Shown piece by piece: positions 1-10,600 of a DNA stretch of 32,000 nt; the stretch's first letter is position 1, and the number at the start of each line of letters is the position of its first letter. Source of the DNA: an uncultured Lentisphaeria bacterium (GTDB lineage: Bacteria > Verrucomicrobiota > Lentisphaeria > JABSQK01 > JAJFLO01); contig OX638337.1 in NCBI GenBank assembly GCA_951812855.1, positions 960,001 through 992,000 on the forward strand. The letters are read 5' to 3'. The position numbers and the translations under genes are program-made. The notes below the pieces were generated by a model. It was not told where the DNA came from. It worked only from the letters and a program-made list of their open reading frames with translations, and made no database searches.

Positions 1-22
1 AAAAAGTCCAGGACTTCTGGAT

Positions 23-286
23 ATGTTTATCCCCATGATTTTGATGTTTATAATCATGTATGTAATCCTTATTAAACCTCAACAAAAGAAACAAAAGCAG
101 CATCAGGAACTGATCAATAAACTCAAAGCAGGCGATAAAGTAGTGACGAGCGGCGGAATTCATGGTGCTATCACTGCAGTAAAAGATGAAACTGTTCTAC
201 TGAAAGTAGCTGACAATGTAAAAATTGAAGTCAATCGACTTAATGTACTCGATACTATATCAGGAGAGAAAAAGGAAACTGGTTAA
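23..286 (+). CDS. yajC: Preprotein translocase subunit YajC
   Basis: 87-aa ORF with one N-terminal TM helix followed by IKPQQKKQK...GDKVVTSGGIHG.I..V, the YajC signature. The stop lies 2 nt before the secDF ATG. The frame is open back to the window edge, so the true start could be upstream. Confidence 0.85.
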   Translation: MFIPMILMFIIMYVILIKPQQKKQKQHQELINKLKAGDKVVTSGGIHGAITAVKDETVLLKVADNVKIEVNRLNVLDTISGEKKETG

Positions 287-288
287 TT

Positions 289-2844
289 ATGAAAAACTCT
301 GTACCTGGAAGACTGTTTGTAATTTTTATTATACTGCTGGGATGGTGGTATTCGTTATATCCAATTAACGATCGCCCTTTTTATGATGTTCTTCGGGAAG
401 AAATTAACCGGGACACAGACGTCAACGAAATTGAAAATATCATTAAAAAGGCACAGGAAATTGAAAAAATCAAGGCTGCAGAAGGTTTAGCGATGAGTCC
501 GGCGAAAGCTGTAAAATTAGCTGCGTCAGATTTAAAAGTAAATCTTCGTGATTTTATCAGCATCTACAACCAGCCAAAGGCATCAAATGATGTTGTAATA
601 AATTTTGTTCGCCGTAAAGCCGCAGGAAAAATTCGACTGGGATTAGATCTTAAAGGTGGAACCGAATTTATTATTGCGTTTGATGAAGAGGAATTTAAGA
701 AAAATGAACCTGAAAAGGAAATTACCGAAGCTCAGCAAGAAATTATTGAAATATTACGAAACCGTGTTGATCAGAGTGGAATAGTCGAAGCCGAAATAAA
801 ACCAATTGGGCCATCCACAATATCCTTGAAAATTCCAAGTATTGATACTGATGATATCCAAAAGAACAGAGAGCTGATTCAAAGAACAGCAAAATTGGAT
901 TTTAGACTCGTGCATGAAGACAGTGCAACATTAGTGAGTAACGAAAAAAACGAAGACTTTGTTCCTCCCGCTGCCTATGAACGTATGGAAATGGCAAACT
1001 CGTCAGACGCAGAGACACCAACGCAGATTTTGTATATTAAACGAATTCCTGAAAGCGTTGGAGGCAAGCATATTCTCCGTGCTTTTCCGAATGTAAACCA
1101 ATTTGGAAGTTACTCCGTCAGTCTGGAATTTAATACTGAAGGTGCCAGGCTGTTTCATGATGTCACCAGTGCAAATACCGGCCGAAGATTGGCTGTTGTT
1201 CTGGATGGCACGGTATATAGTGCACCGAATATCAACGAACCGATTGCCGGCGGACGTGCAGAAATTTCAGGCAGTTTCAGCTCAGAAGAAGCGACAGATT
1301 TAGGTGTCGTTTTAAGATGCGGTAATTTACCCGTTGATATTAGTATCGAAGGTGAATTCAGTACGGATCCAACATTGGGAAGGGATTCCGTAGAAAGCGG
1401 CAAAAACGCTTCGATTTGTGGATTGGTCGCTGTAATAATATTTATGGTTATTTATTATCGGACCGCAGGGATTGTTGCAACTATTGCACTGACTGCAAAT
1501 ATACTGCTTGTACTGGGGACTCTGACAATTGCCGGTGCAACCATAACGCTGCCGGGAATCGCAGGTATTGTCCTGACAATTGGTATGGCTGTTGATGCAA
1601 ATGTTCTCATATTTGAACGGATTCGGGAAGAATTGGATAATAAAAAATCGACTCCAAATGCAATACATACTGGCTATAATCGTGCGTTTATCACAATTCT
1701 TGATGCAAACTTAACCACGTTATTCACCGCATTGATACTCTATAAATTCGGATCCGGTCCTATCCGGGGGTTTGCAGTTACATTAAGCATTGGTATACTC
1801 GCGAGTTTATTTACATCCTTATTTATGACACGGGCAATTTTTGATCTGTTTATATGGATGGATAAACTAAAAAATCTAAATCTTTCCCCATGGTTCACGG
1901 TCAAGAATGTAAAGTTTTTGAATTTCAGAAAACTCACATCACTTGCGTCTGTTATACTGATTGTTATTTTAGCGGCACTAATGACAGGTCGCGGCAAATC
2001 GGCTCTCAGTGTAGATTTTACCGGGGGATCAGCAATAACATTTAATTATAGTAACGAAATCTCGCCTTCCAAAATTAAAGAAGTTTTGAATAAAAATGAC
2101 TACAAAGATACACGGGTTGCTTATAAGGCATCTGCTCAGCAGGAAACCCGACTATTAGAAATCGTTTTAGGTGGAGTTGTCCAAAAGGATAAAGACGTAA
2201 AAACCGATATCCGTGATTTACTGAATAAAGACTTCCCGGCTGCAGAACTTTCAGGGGGCTCAGAAAAACGAATTGGTGCACTGGTTGGCAATCAATTTAT
2301 GAAGCAGGCAATTTATGCTGCCATATGGGCTTTAGTAACAATTATTATGTATATTACCATTCGATTTGAATTCAGTTATGCTTTGGGTGCTGTTGCTGCA
2401 TTGGCCCATGATGTTGTTATCTGTACCGGTCTATTCCTCATTGCAAATCTCGGCGAACGCCAAATTTCATTACCCGTCATTGCAGCATTGTTAACGATTA
2501 TGGGATATTCACTTAATGATACTATTGTTGTGTTTGATCGTATACGAGAGAATTTTGGTCTTGTTAAAAACATGTCTGTTAAAGAACTCGTCAACCTCAG
2601 TCTCAATCAAACATTCAGTCGTACTGTTCTTACGTCATTTACCACGTTGCTCGTGATTATTATTCTATATGTATTTGGCGGTGGTGCGATTAATGATTTT
2701 GCATTGGTTATGCTTATTGGTGTTATAATTGGTACTTATTCATCGATTTTTATCGCGACGCCTGTTATGATGTTTTTTCGTGATAGAAAAGAAAAAGGAA
2801 GTGCTGTGACATCGACAGCAAATTTAAAAAAATCAACAGCATAA
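289..2844 (+). CDS. secDF: Protein translocase subunit SecDF (fused SecD-SecF)
   Basis: 851 aa. A long N-terminal periplasmic domain is followed by two SecD/SecF-type membrane modules (GIAGIVLTIGMAVDANVLIFERIREE and SLNDTIVVFDRIREN) separated by a second periplasmic loop. Sits immediately downstream of yajC. Confidence 0.9.
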   Translation: MKNSVPGRLFVIFIILLGWWYSLYPINDRPFYDVLREEINRDTDVNEIENIIKKAQEIEKIKAAEGLAMSPAKAVKLAASDLKVNLRDFISIYNQPKASNDVVINFVRRKAAGKIRLGLDLKGGTEFIIAFDEEEFKKNEPEKEITEAQQEIIEILRNRVDQSGIVEAEIKPIGPSTISLKIPSIDTDDIQKNRELIQRTAKLDFRLVHEDSATLVSNEKNEDFVPPAAYERMEMANSSDAETPTQILYIKRIPESVGGKHILRAFPNVNQFGSYSVSLEFNTEGARLFHDVTSANTGRRLAVVLDGTVYSAPNINEPIAGGRAEISGSFSSEEATDLGVVLRCGNLPVDISIEGEFSTDPTLGRDSVESGKNASICGLVAVIIFMVIYYRTAGIVATIALTANILLVLGTLTIAGATITLPGIAGIVLTIGMAVDANVLIFERIREELDNKKSTPNAIHTGYNRAFITILDANLTTLFTALILYKFGSGPIRGFAVTLSIGILASLFTSLFMTRAIFDLFIWMDKLKNLNLSPWFTVKNVKFLNFRKLTSLASVILIVILAALMTGRGKSALSVDFTGGSAITFNYSNEISPSKIKEVLNKNDYKDTRVAYKASAQQETRLLEIVLGGVVQKDKDVKTDIRDLLNKDFPAAELSGGSEKRIGALVGNQFMKQAIYAAIWALVTIIMYITIRFEFSYALGAVAALAHDVVICTGLFLIANLGERQISLPVIAALLTIMGYSLNDTIVVFDRIRENFGLVKNMSVKELVNLSLNQTFSRTVLTSFTTLLVIIILYVFGGGAINDFALVMLIGVIIGTYSSIFIATPVMMFFRDRKEKGSAVTSTANLKKSTA

Positions 2845-3041
2845 TTGTTGGTGTGATTACAGGTGTGTTCTTTTTGTGTAACGTTAAAAAGCGATTGATA
2901 ATGCTTTACGTGTAACGAGAATGCAGCCGAAACATTATAAATTATTCAGCTGACTGCCGTTTACCATCTCCAAATTGACCACCGTTTGATTTATGAACTA
3001 ATCAACGGATCCCACGCTGAGTTTGCATACTGTTCTTAACA

Positions 3042-3794
3042 TTGAGACAAACCAAATTAACTATGAAATCCAGAAACGATACACCGGCGGAGAATGAACA
3101 GTCAAGAAAAAATATCTGGTCCATGTTTGATCAAATCGCCCACCGATACGATTTTTTAAATCATTCACTCTCATTAGGCCAAGATATTATTTGGCGGTCA
3201 CAGGTGAGTAAATGTATCTCAGGAAAAGGTTTTTCAACGTTTCTGGACATTGCCACGGGAACCGGTGACCAACTCATTCGAATTGTTAATAAAGTGAATA
3301 CAATTCAACATGCAATTGGTCTGGACATGTCGATAAATATGTTGAATATCGGAATGAAAAAAATTGCAAATCAGAATATTCAAAACCGGACTGCACTTAT
3401 CCATGGAGACGCATTGAATTTGCCTATTGATTCTGATTCAGTAGAACTTGTCACCATTTCTTTCGGTATTCGAAACGTTATTGATGTGTCAGAGGCACTG
3501 AAAGAAATGTTCAGGGTCATGAAAACAGGTGGAATGGTAATTATATTAGAATTTTCTATCCCGAAAAATAGATTATTTAGAATTTTTTATTTATTTTATC
3601 TAAGGAATATACTTCCCGTTATAGGATCATTAATTTCAGGTAACAAAAAAGCGTACACCTATCTTAATAAAACGATAGAGACCTTTCCCTGTGGGAATGA
3701 GTTTTGTGACATTATGAAAAAATCAGGTTTTACAAATATATCCGCCAAACCATTAACATTCGGGATCGCAACACTATATCGTGCCGGTAAATAA
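3042..3794 (+). CDS. menG: Demethylmenaquinone (UbiE/MenG family) SAM-dependent methyltransferase
   Basis: FDQIAHRYDFLNHSLSLGQDIIWR, SAM motif LDIATGTGD and GGMVIILEFS are typical of UbiE/MenG. The ORF opens at TTG 3042; the first ATG is at 3063. Its stop overlaps the menF start (TAATG at 3792-3796). Confidence 0.85.
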   Translation: MRQTKLTMKSRNDTPAENEQSRKNIWSMFDQIAHRYDFLNHSLSLGQDIIWRSQVSKCISGKGFSTFLDIATGTGDQLIRIVNKVNTIQHAIGLDMSINMLNIGMKKIANQNIQNRTALIHGDALNLPIDSDSVELVTISFGIRNVIDVSEALKEMFRVMKTGGMVIILEFSIPKNRLFRIFYLFYLRNILPVIGSLISGNKKAYTYLNKTIETFPCGNEFCDIMKKSGFTNISAKPLTFGIATLYRAGK

Positions 3795-5212
3795 TGAATA
3801 TGACAACGTGTCCTGGTGAAGAACTCAAATCAGCGGCTGACGCTATCGACAAAGAATTTGATTCTGTTCGTAATATCAACGATTCAGAACAGGATAGTTC
3901 ACGCATCATAATCCGGCGAATAAACGTCTCTATTCCGAAAACCAATTTACTTTCCTGGCTGGACAAACAAATAATCTATCCAAAAATTTACTGGTACAGT
4001 CGGAATATCAATCACGAAATTGTATGTACGGGCAGTATTCACACTATTATTGGCGATCACCTGAAAAACTTAAAAGATGAATTCAATGACTCAGCATTAT
4101 TATCGGATGCGGATTGTCGATATTTTGGAGGATTATCCTTTCAATCACAAATCACATCACCCGATTGGAATTCTTTTTCAGCGTATCAATTTATTTTACC
4201 TCAGTTTGAATTAGTCAATAAAAATGATGATGAAACACGCTTTATCTGTAATTTAAAAATTGATCCGACGAAAAATCTAATTAAACAAAAATCAAAAATA
4301 CTTGACGATTTATCACGGCTGGATTTTGATGAGACCTCTCCTGATTCAAAACCGTTACATATTGAATCTCGCAGTAATCTCCCGGATCAAAAAAATTGGA
4401 ATATTAAAATTGACAAAATTTTAAATGAAATAAGGACCGGAATATTCAAAAAACTGGTTTTAGCACGAGAATCGATCCTTAGGTGTCGGACGAACGTAAA
4501 TGCCCTTTCACTACTGGCTAACGTTGGGGATCGTACTATGAATTCTTATCGATTTTATTTTCAACCCACCCCCGAATCCGAATTTTTTGGAATAAGCCCC
4601 GAACGATTATTTTTTAGAGACAAAAATAAAATCAGTGTTGAAGCTGTTGCGGGAACAAGTCATCGGGGAAAAACAAAACATCAGGAGATTCAAACAGGAA
4701 GAGATCTATTAAAATCAGAAAAGGCAAATCGGGAACACCGCTATGTTGTAAAAAATTTGAGACAGGTCCTTAACACACTTAATGCTAAAATCGAACACGA
4801 GACTCAACCTGGAATCATGAAATTACATCAGCTTCAACATTTATTTCAGGAAATCACTGCATCTCTGCGGAATAACACTGACGATATCGATATTTTGACT
4901 GCATTGCACCCAACCCCTGCGGTGGGTGGTTATCCAGGTGAAAACGCTTTATCCTATATTGAAAATATTGAAGGATTCGATCGCGGATGGTATGCAGGCC
5001 CAATTGGATGGATTGGTAAAGAGCAAACTGAATTTGCAGTTGCCATTCGATCCGGATTATCAACGGGTAAAACATTGCATATTTACAATGGTGCCGGCAT
5101 TGTTAAAGGATCTTCAGCACATGAGGAATGGGCAGAAATTGAAATGAAATTTTCGTCAGTAATAGGTTTATTGAACATTTTCATGCCAGAATTCACTGAA
5201 GAAAATCCATGA
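3794..5212 (+). CDS. menF: Isochorismate synthase (menaquinone-specific)
   Basis: 472 aa with chorismate-binding family motifs SPERLF, ALHPTPAVGGYP, FDRGWYAGPIGW and AVAIRS. Position between menG and menD favours MenF over other chorismate-utilising enzymes. Confidence 0.8.
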   Translation: MNMTTCPGEELKSAADAIDKEFDSVRNINDSEQDSSRIIIRRINVSIPKTNLLSWLDKQIIYPKIYWYSRNINHEIVCTGSIHTIIGDHLKNLKDEFNDSALLSDADCRYFGGLSFQSQITSPDWNSFSAYQFILPQFELVNKNDDETRFICNLKIDPTKNLIKQKSKILDDLSRLDFDETSPDSKPLHIESRSNLPDQKNWNIKIDKILNEIRTGIFKKLVLARESILRCRTNVNALSLLANVGDRTMNSYRFYFQPTPESEFFGISPERLFFRDKNKISVEAVAGTSHRGKTKHQEIQTGRDLLKSEKANREHRYVVKNLRQVLNTLNAKIEHETQPGIMKLHQLQHLFQEITASLRNNTDDIDILTALHPTPAVGGYPGENALSYIENIEGFDRGWYAGPIGWIGKEQTEFAVAIRSGLSTGKTLHIYNGAGIVKGSSAHEEWAEIEMKFSSVIGLLNIFMPEFTEENP

Positions 5213-5241
5213 GCAGAATTCTAATCTGATTAATTGCACTT

Positions 5242-7128
5242 ATGAATACCTCTGTTACACCCTACTTAAACAGTTTATGGGCCACCCTGATCGTTGAAGA
5301 GTCTGTACGATTGGGTAATTGTAACGTGTGTATCTCACCCGGATCAAGAATCACTCCGCTGGCAGCAGCTGCAGCCTTACATCCTAAAATAGAGAGTACC
5401 GTTCATTATGATGAGCGTGGCACAGCGTTTTTTGCCTTAGGACAGGCAAAAGGATCAGGAAAAGCCAGTATCCTGTTATCAACATCAGGCTCGGCCGTTG
5501 CTAATTTTATGCCTGCGGTTGTTGAGGCAGCTATGGATAGAGTTCCATTGATAATTCTTACCGCTGATCGCCCGCCGGAACTAAGAGACACCGGAGCAAA
5601 CCAAACGATTGATCAAGTTAAATTTTTCTCTAATTACGCCGTATGGCAATTCGACCTCCCCTGTCCGACACTCGATATCCCGCCGGATACACTGTTGAGT
5701 ATCATTGATCATGCCGTGTTTAAGAGCGAAAACATCAGAAAAGGTGTAGTGCATTTAAACTGTCTGTTTCGGGAACCATTTCTACCTGACAACCAGGACC
5801 TTACAGAAAATAAAAAATCATTCTCGTTTGACCAATTTTTGCATAAATCAAATTCTATGTTGAATAAGGAATTAGAAAACACGTCTTTTTCGGAAATCAA
5901 CTCTCCTATAGGAAAAGACTTGCTGTTACGATATACAGCATCAATCAATTCGTGGATAAAAACTGCTGCACCGAAAACAGATTATCGGAGGGCGGCAGGC
6001 TACTCACCAAAATCCACGACCCAATCCGAGTCAATACTTGCATCTATCAGCAAATCAAAAAAAGGCTTGATAATATTGGGCAATATTTCATCAAAGATTA
6101 AATCTGATATTTTAATGGAATTTTTGAAAAAACTAAACTGGCCGGTATTTGCAGATATCAATTCTGGAATTCGTCCAGGGTTTGATTCTGACATTGTAAT
6201 ACACTATTATGATCAGCTGCTATACGATTCGTGCCAATTAGATTCATTTTCACCGGATTCAATTATTCAAATCGGACATCAAATCGTATCTAAAAGATTA
6301 TTGAATTTTCTTCGTAATTGTCACCCCGAAGAATATGTACTCCTGACAGATTCTAATGACCGCATTGACCCTAACCACCGTATAACGCACCAAATCGTTA
6401 CTGACATTTCCGGATATTTGGATTTGATTTCAGCTGAAATAAAGCGTTCCCCAAAATCACCCGTTCTTAAATCAATGAGTAAAAAATCAGTCCTGATTGA
6501 TCAATTTTTGATTGACGAATTTGATTTAAACAAACCGTTGACAGAGCCGGGAATCGCCAGACATCTATCAGAGTGTATACCCGCAGATACAGGTATGTTT
6601 ATTGGATCAAGCATGCCTATTCGCTATATGGATATGTTTGCTGCACGGGATGGCAATACCCCTGTTATAACATCTAATCGTGGAGCCAGCGGCATAGATG
6701 GTGCAATCGCAACCGCTGCCGGATTTGCTAAGAATATTAATAAGCCCATGACTGTTTTAATCGGTGATTTAACCTTACTTCACGACATGAACTCTCTGCC
6801 CTTGATAAAATCACAATTACATCCATTTGTGATTATAGTTCTCAACAATGATGGTGGCGGTATATTTTCCCTGCTTCCTATTTCCCGGCATTTCAAAAAC
6901 AAAAACCTGGAGCAGCATTTCTCAAGTACTCATGGACTGAAATTTGACAAAACAGCATCCATGTTTGGGTTTAATTATAGCTCGCCGCCATCACTGAAAT
7001 CATTTATTTCTGAATATTCTCTGGCAATAGAAAACACAACTCCGACTATTATTGAAATATCCAGTAACCGATCTAAAAATGCTGAATGTTTGGAGAACAT
7101 AAAAATTCAGATTTTGAAGATTACTTGA
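5242..7128 (+). CDS. menD: 2-succinyl-5-enolpyruvyl-6-hydroxy-3-cyclohexene-1-carboxylate (SEPHCHC) synthase
   Basis: 628 aa. MenD-type ThDP enzyme: LWATLIVEE...VCISPGSRITPLA, LLSTSGSAVANFMPAVVEA, LIILTADRPPELRDTGANQTIDQ, and C-terminal ThDP motif GDLTLLHDMNSL...NNDGGGIFS. The PYR-to-middle-domain linker is about 40 aa longer than my recollection of the E. coli MenD sequence. Confidence 0.85.
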   Translation: MNTSVTPYLNSLWATLIVEESVRLGNCNVCISPGSRITPLAAAAALHPKIESTVHYDERGTAFFALGQAKGSGKASILLSTSGSAVANFMPAVVEAAMDRVPLIILTADRPPELRDTGANQTIDQVKFFSNYAVWQFDLPCPTLDIPPDTLLSIIDHAVFKSENIRKGVVHLNCLFREPFLPDNQDLTENKKSFSFDQFLHKSNSMLNKELENTSFSEINSPIGKDLLLRYTASINSWIKTAAPKTDYRRAAGYSPKSTTQSESILASISKSKKGLIILGNISSKIKSDILMEFLKKLNWPVFADINSGIRPGFDSDIVIHYYDQLLYDSCQLDSFSPDSIIQIGHQIVSKRLLNFLRNCHPEEYVLLTDSNDRIDPNHRITHQIVTDISGYLDLISAEIKRSPKSPVLKSMSKKSVLIDQFLIDEFDLNKPLTEPGIARHLSECIPADTGMFIGSSMPIRYMDMFAARDGNTPVITSNRGASGIDGAIATAAGFAKNINKPMTVLIGDLTLLHDMNSLPLIKSQLHPFVIIVLNNDGGGIFSLLPISRHFKNKNLEQHFSSTHGLKFDKTASMFGFNYSSPPSLKSFISEYSLAIENTTPTIIEISSNRSKNAECLENIKIQILKIT

Positions 7129-7650
7129 CCTTTCTTCTTAAAACCAGCCCGTTTTGAAAGAGAGTCCTCACTGTTAAATTATAGTAATAAAGGAGAACAT
7201 ATAGTGAAACGGAAATCCGCCCTTTGGTAATATGATCTTTTTGATTCGTTCTCCTTTAATAACATTCACGTAAAAAAACCGCGGTAATTCTGAGATTCAT
7301 TCAAGCGTACAGCAGCAAATGGATTGCTTATTTTGGCACTTTTAAAAAAGTTCCTGAGCAAAGAGATGACCTGCTGATTTACCCGTGCCTGTACTGAAAT
7401 AAACGAAAGATCGCCTTTGGACAGTTTTTTTTCAGCGAATCCAGAACAATAATTGTAAAAGCATCATTAACGGTTTCAGTTTCATGACAGGCTCATTACA
7501 TTTGATAAATAAAAAGAGGCGTAACTTGAAGATTTTTTGAGTTATTATATTTTCATGATGAGTTTAACCGGCTTCCTGTTCTTCAAGGAAGGCAAAGGGA
7601 AAATAAGGCTTCTATGCAAAATGAAGAGAAGTCCAAACGGAAATGACTAA

Positions 7651-10600
7651 ATGCATGACGATTCCACAATAAACGATGGGATAATTCCCCTTACCAATCC
7701 TGATCAGGCAGAGCTTGATAAACATGCGATTATCGAAGCATCGGCGGGAACGGGGAAGACCTATACGATCGAACAGCTGGTTGTTCGACTGCTCATTGGA
7801 AACCCTGATGTAAATCCTCCGGTTTTACCTATTCCTATTGACCGGATTCTGGTTGTCACATTTACCGAAAAAGCGACCGGCGAAATGAAAGACCGGATAC
7901 GTAATACTATCGAAGCAAAACTGAACAACGCAGCACGTTCTGATACCGAATGGTTCTATCTGCATGACGCACTGGAAAATTTTGATAATGCCCAGATATC
8001 AACGATACATGGGTTCTGTCACCGAACATTGCGGGAACATGCCTTTGAAAATGGTCGCCAGTTTGAATATGATGTCGTTGATGATCGGGATATTTACCAT
8101 ACACTGTTACTCCGGCAAATGCGGGAAGATTGGCCAAAACACTATGGCCGCAATCTATGCACATACCTTCTATTGGCAGATTTTCCGCATCGAGTCCAAA
8201 ATGAGAGTCAGTGGATAGACACAACGATTAAACTTGCACAAAACTTCAGACCCAATGCCGGAGATCAACTCTATCCTGAACCTGATGCAACCGTTTCACC
8301 AATGAAAACTGTGTCGGAACTGAAACAATACCTGTCTGAATTAGTAATGGTGATTGGAGGATTTCCAATTAACTCTGTTACCGATCATCCATTTTATGGT
8401 GCGTATTCCAGATTGAACTTTAATGCCGGCAGCAAAAACCTCCGCCTTAAGAACGTTATTACACCATTATTAGAACTGTTAGACCATTTCAGGGAAAAGA
8501 AGAATGACATTCTGGATTCCGGTACAGTCGCAGCAATGATCAGATTAATCCGGGATAATAAAAAAACATCAGCGTTTGCTGAGTCCGGTTTTGCCTGCCT
8601 TATGCCGAAAAAATGGAATAAGGACAAGAACAACCTGGATACAGAATGCCCGCATTTACAATCTATAATCAACCCTCTTGAACAGATCCGGGAATTGACA
8701 ACATCCTTTGCCCCTCAATTCAGGAGTCAGGTTGTTAAACAACTGCAAACCGATGTCCGCCTGTATAAGGAACAGAAAGGTTTACTGACTTACAACGATA
8801 TGATCTCCATGGTTGCAGCCGCGTTATCCGGAAACCATGGCACTGAAACCCCGCCTCCATTATTATCTGCGTTACGTGATCGCTACAAGATTGCATTAAT
8901 CGATGAATTTCAAGATACGGATATCTTACAATGGTCAATTCTGAAAACCGTTTTCGTGGATAAACATGATGACAGCCCACACCGTTTAATTGTTGTTGGA
9001 GATCCCAAACAGGCAATATATGGTTTTCGCGGTGCCGATTTGAATGCCTATTATTTAGCCCGAAATCAACTTGGTAAACTCGGAAAAACGAAAACCGGAT
9101 GTTACTCACTGGATACCAATTGGCGTTCAATTCCACAGTTAATAGATGCATTCAACGCTCTATTCAAACACGATAACTGGTTTCAACGTAATGACATCCG
9201 ACATCAACCGGCCAATACTCCGACACCCGGATCAGGACGGAATCGATTATATCGTGACAACACAGGTTCTTCAGTATTAATAACGCATAGCATTAACAGT
9301 GATAAATCAGCGAAGGCGGCTCAGGCAGAGTGGTTTAAATTTATTGCAGCAGAAATTGATCGTTTACTGAATTCATCAACTGAAATGATGATGTTTGGTG
9401 ATAAAACCTCACCGCCTCGACCGCTTCGTGCAGATGATATTTGTATCCTTTGCCAAAATAAAACAGAAGCCGGACGAATAGAGAAAGAATTAAATAACAC
9501 TCACATCCCCTATTCATTTTACAAAAAACCGGGGCTATATGAATCCGATGAAGCCTTGCAGCTGCTTTACTTATTAGAGGCAATTGCGTCGCCAAATGAT
9601 ACGGCTGCGTTTAAGAAACTGCTGATGACATGCTTTTTTGCAATTCCGGTATTAGATGTCAAAAATTATGAAAATCTGCCTTCGGATCATTGTATTAAAC
9701 GGCTTTTCCTGAAGTGGGTCAGACATGCAGCAAATCGACAGTGGGCGATTATGTTTCATTCAATCAGAAACGAAACCCGCATTCTGCTAAACACAGGAAA
9801 CGACCCCGATCATGAACGGCGATTAACAAATATTGAACAGATTATCCAAGAACTCCATAATCGTGCATTGACCGAAAATATGGATATTATTGACCTTGCC
9901 AATCTTCTTGGCAACCTTTATTATAATCATATCTCAATCTCTGAGGAAGACAATTTACATCGTCGAGACACAGAACATCCCGGGGTACAAATGACCACCA
10001 TCCATAAGAGTAAAGGACTTGAGTTTCCTGTTGTTTTCATTGCCGGGGGAATGACAGCACCTCCGAATACAAATCAACCCTATTACAAGATTCATAATGG
10101 GGAACATGTCATTTATGACCTGACATCCAAATCAAAATCACAATGGGAAAATGAACAGCATGAAGAACTGCAGCGGTTATACTATGTTGCATTAACCCGG
10201 GCAATATATAAGCTTTATATTCCTCATTATCGAAACGAAAAACAGCTGAATGCGTCAGGAGCAGTCGCCAAAATACTATATCCCGCCATTAATGCTGCTG
10301 CAGGCGAACTTCCCGCCGCTCCTGTTATAACTGATCGAATTGATATATCAAACTCTGAGTGGAACGAGTCGAGGATGAAGGTAATACAACTCGATCCGGC
10401 AATAGAGTTACCGCGTAACGATTTCAATCTCAGAGACCGAAACAGGTCACAGAGTATCGATTCATATTCCGGGTTAAAAAACAAAATGCTGCCACATGCT
10501 CCAGCCAAATTCCAGAATATCTCAAATCAATTCGGATATGACCAGGCGGAAGAACCTGCAGCCGATGAAAGCAGTCAAACGACGCAAACCCGGACAATGA

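Noticed and set aside
1327-1668. Cys-rich 113-aa antisense ORF, plus other ORFs nested within secDF (381-563, 1103-1403, 1740-2606).
   Set aside because: All lie entirely inside the strongly supported secDF frame. Their composition is the complement of TM-helix codons, so they are antisense artefacts.
7266-7463. 65-codon start-less open frame on the minus strand in the menD-recB gap (possible relic).
   Set aside because: It has no ATG or GTG and no recognisable motif. Its length is within what chance can give here. My first hand translation of a longer frame contained an error and did not hold up on recheck.
7555-7650. 31-codon ORF whose TAA directly abuts the recB ATG (possible coupled upstream ORF or recC tail).
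   Set aside because: It has no Shine-Dalgarno sequence, encodes a short basic low-complexity peptide, and its frame closes only 10 codons upstream. This is indistinguishable from chance.
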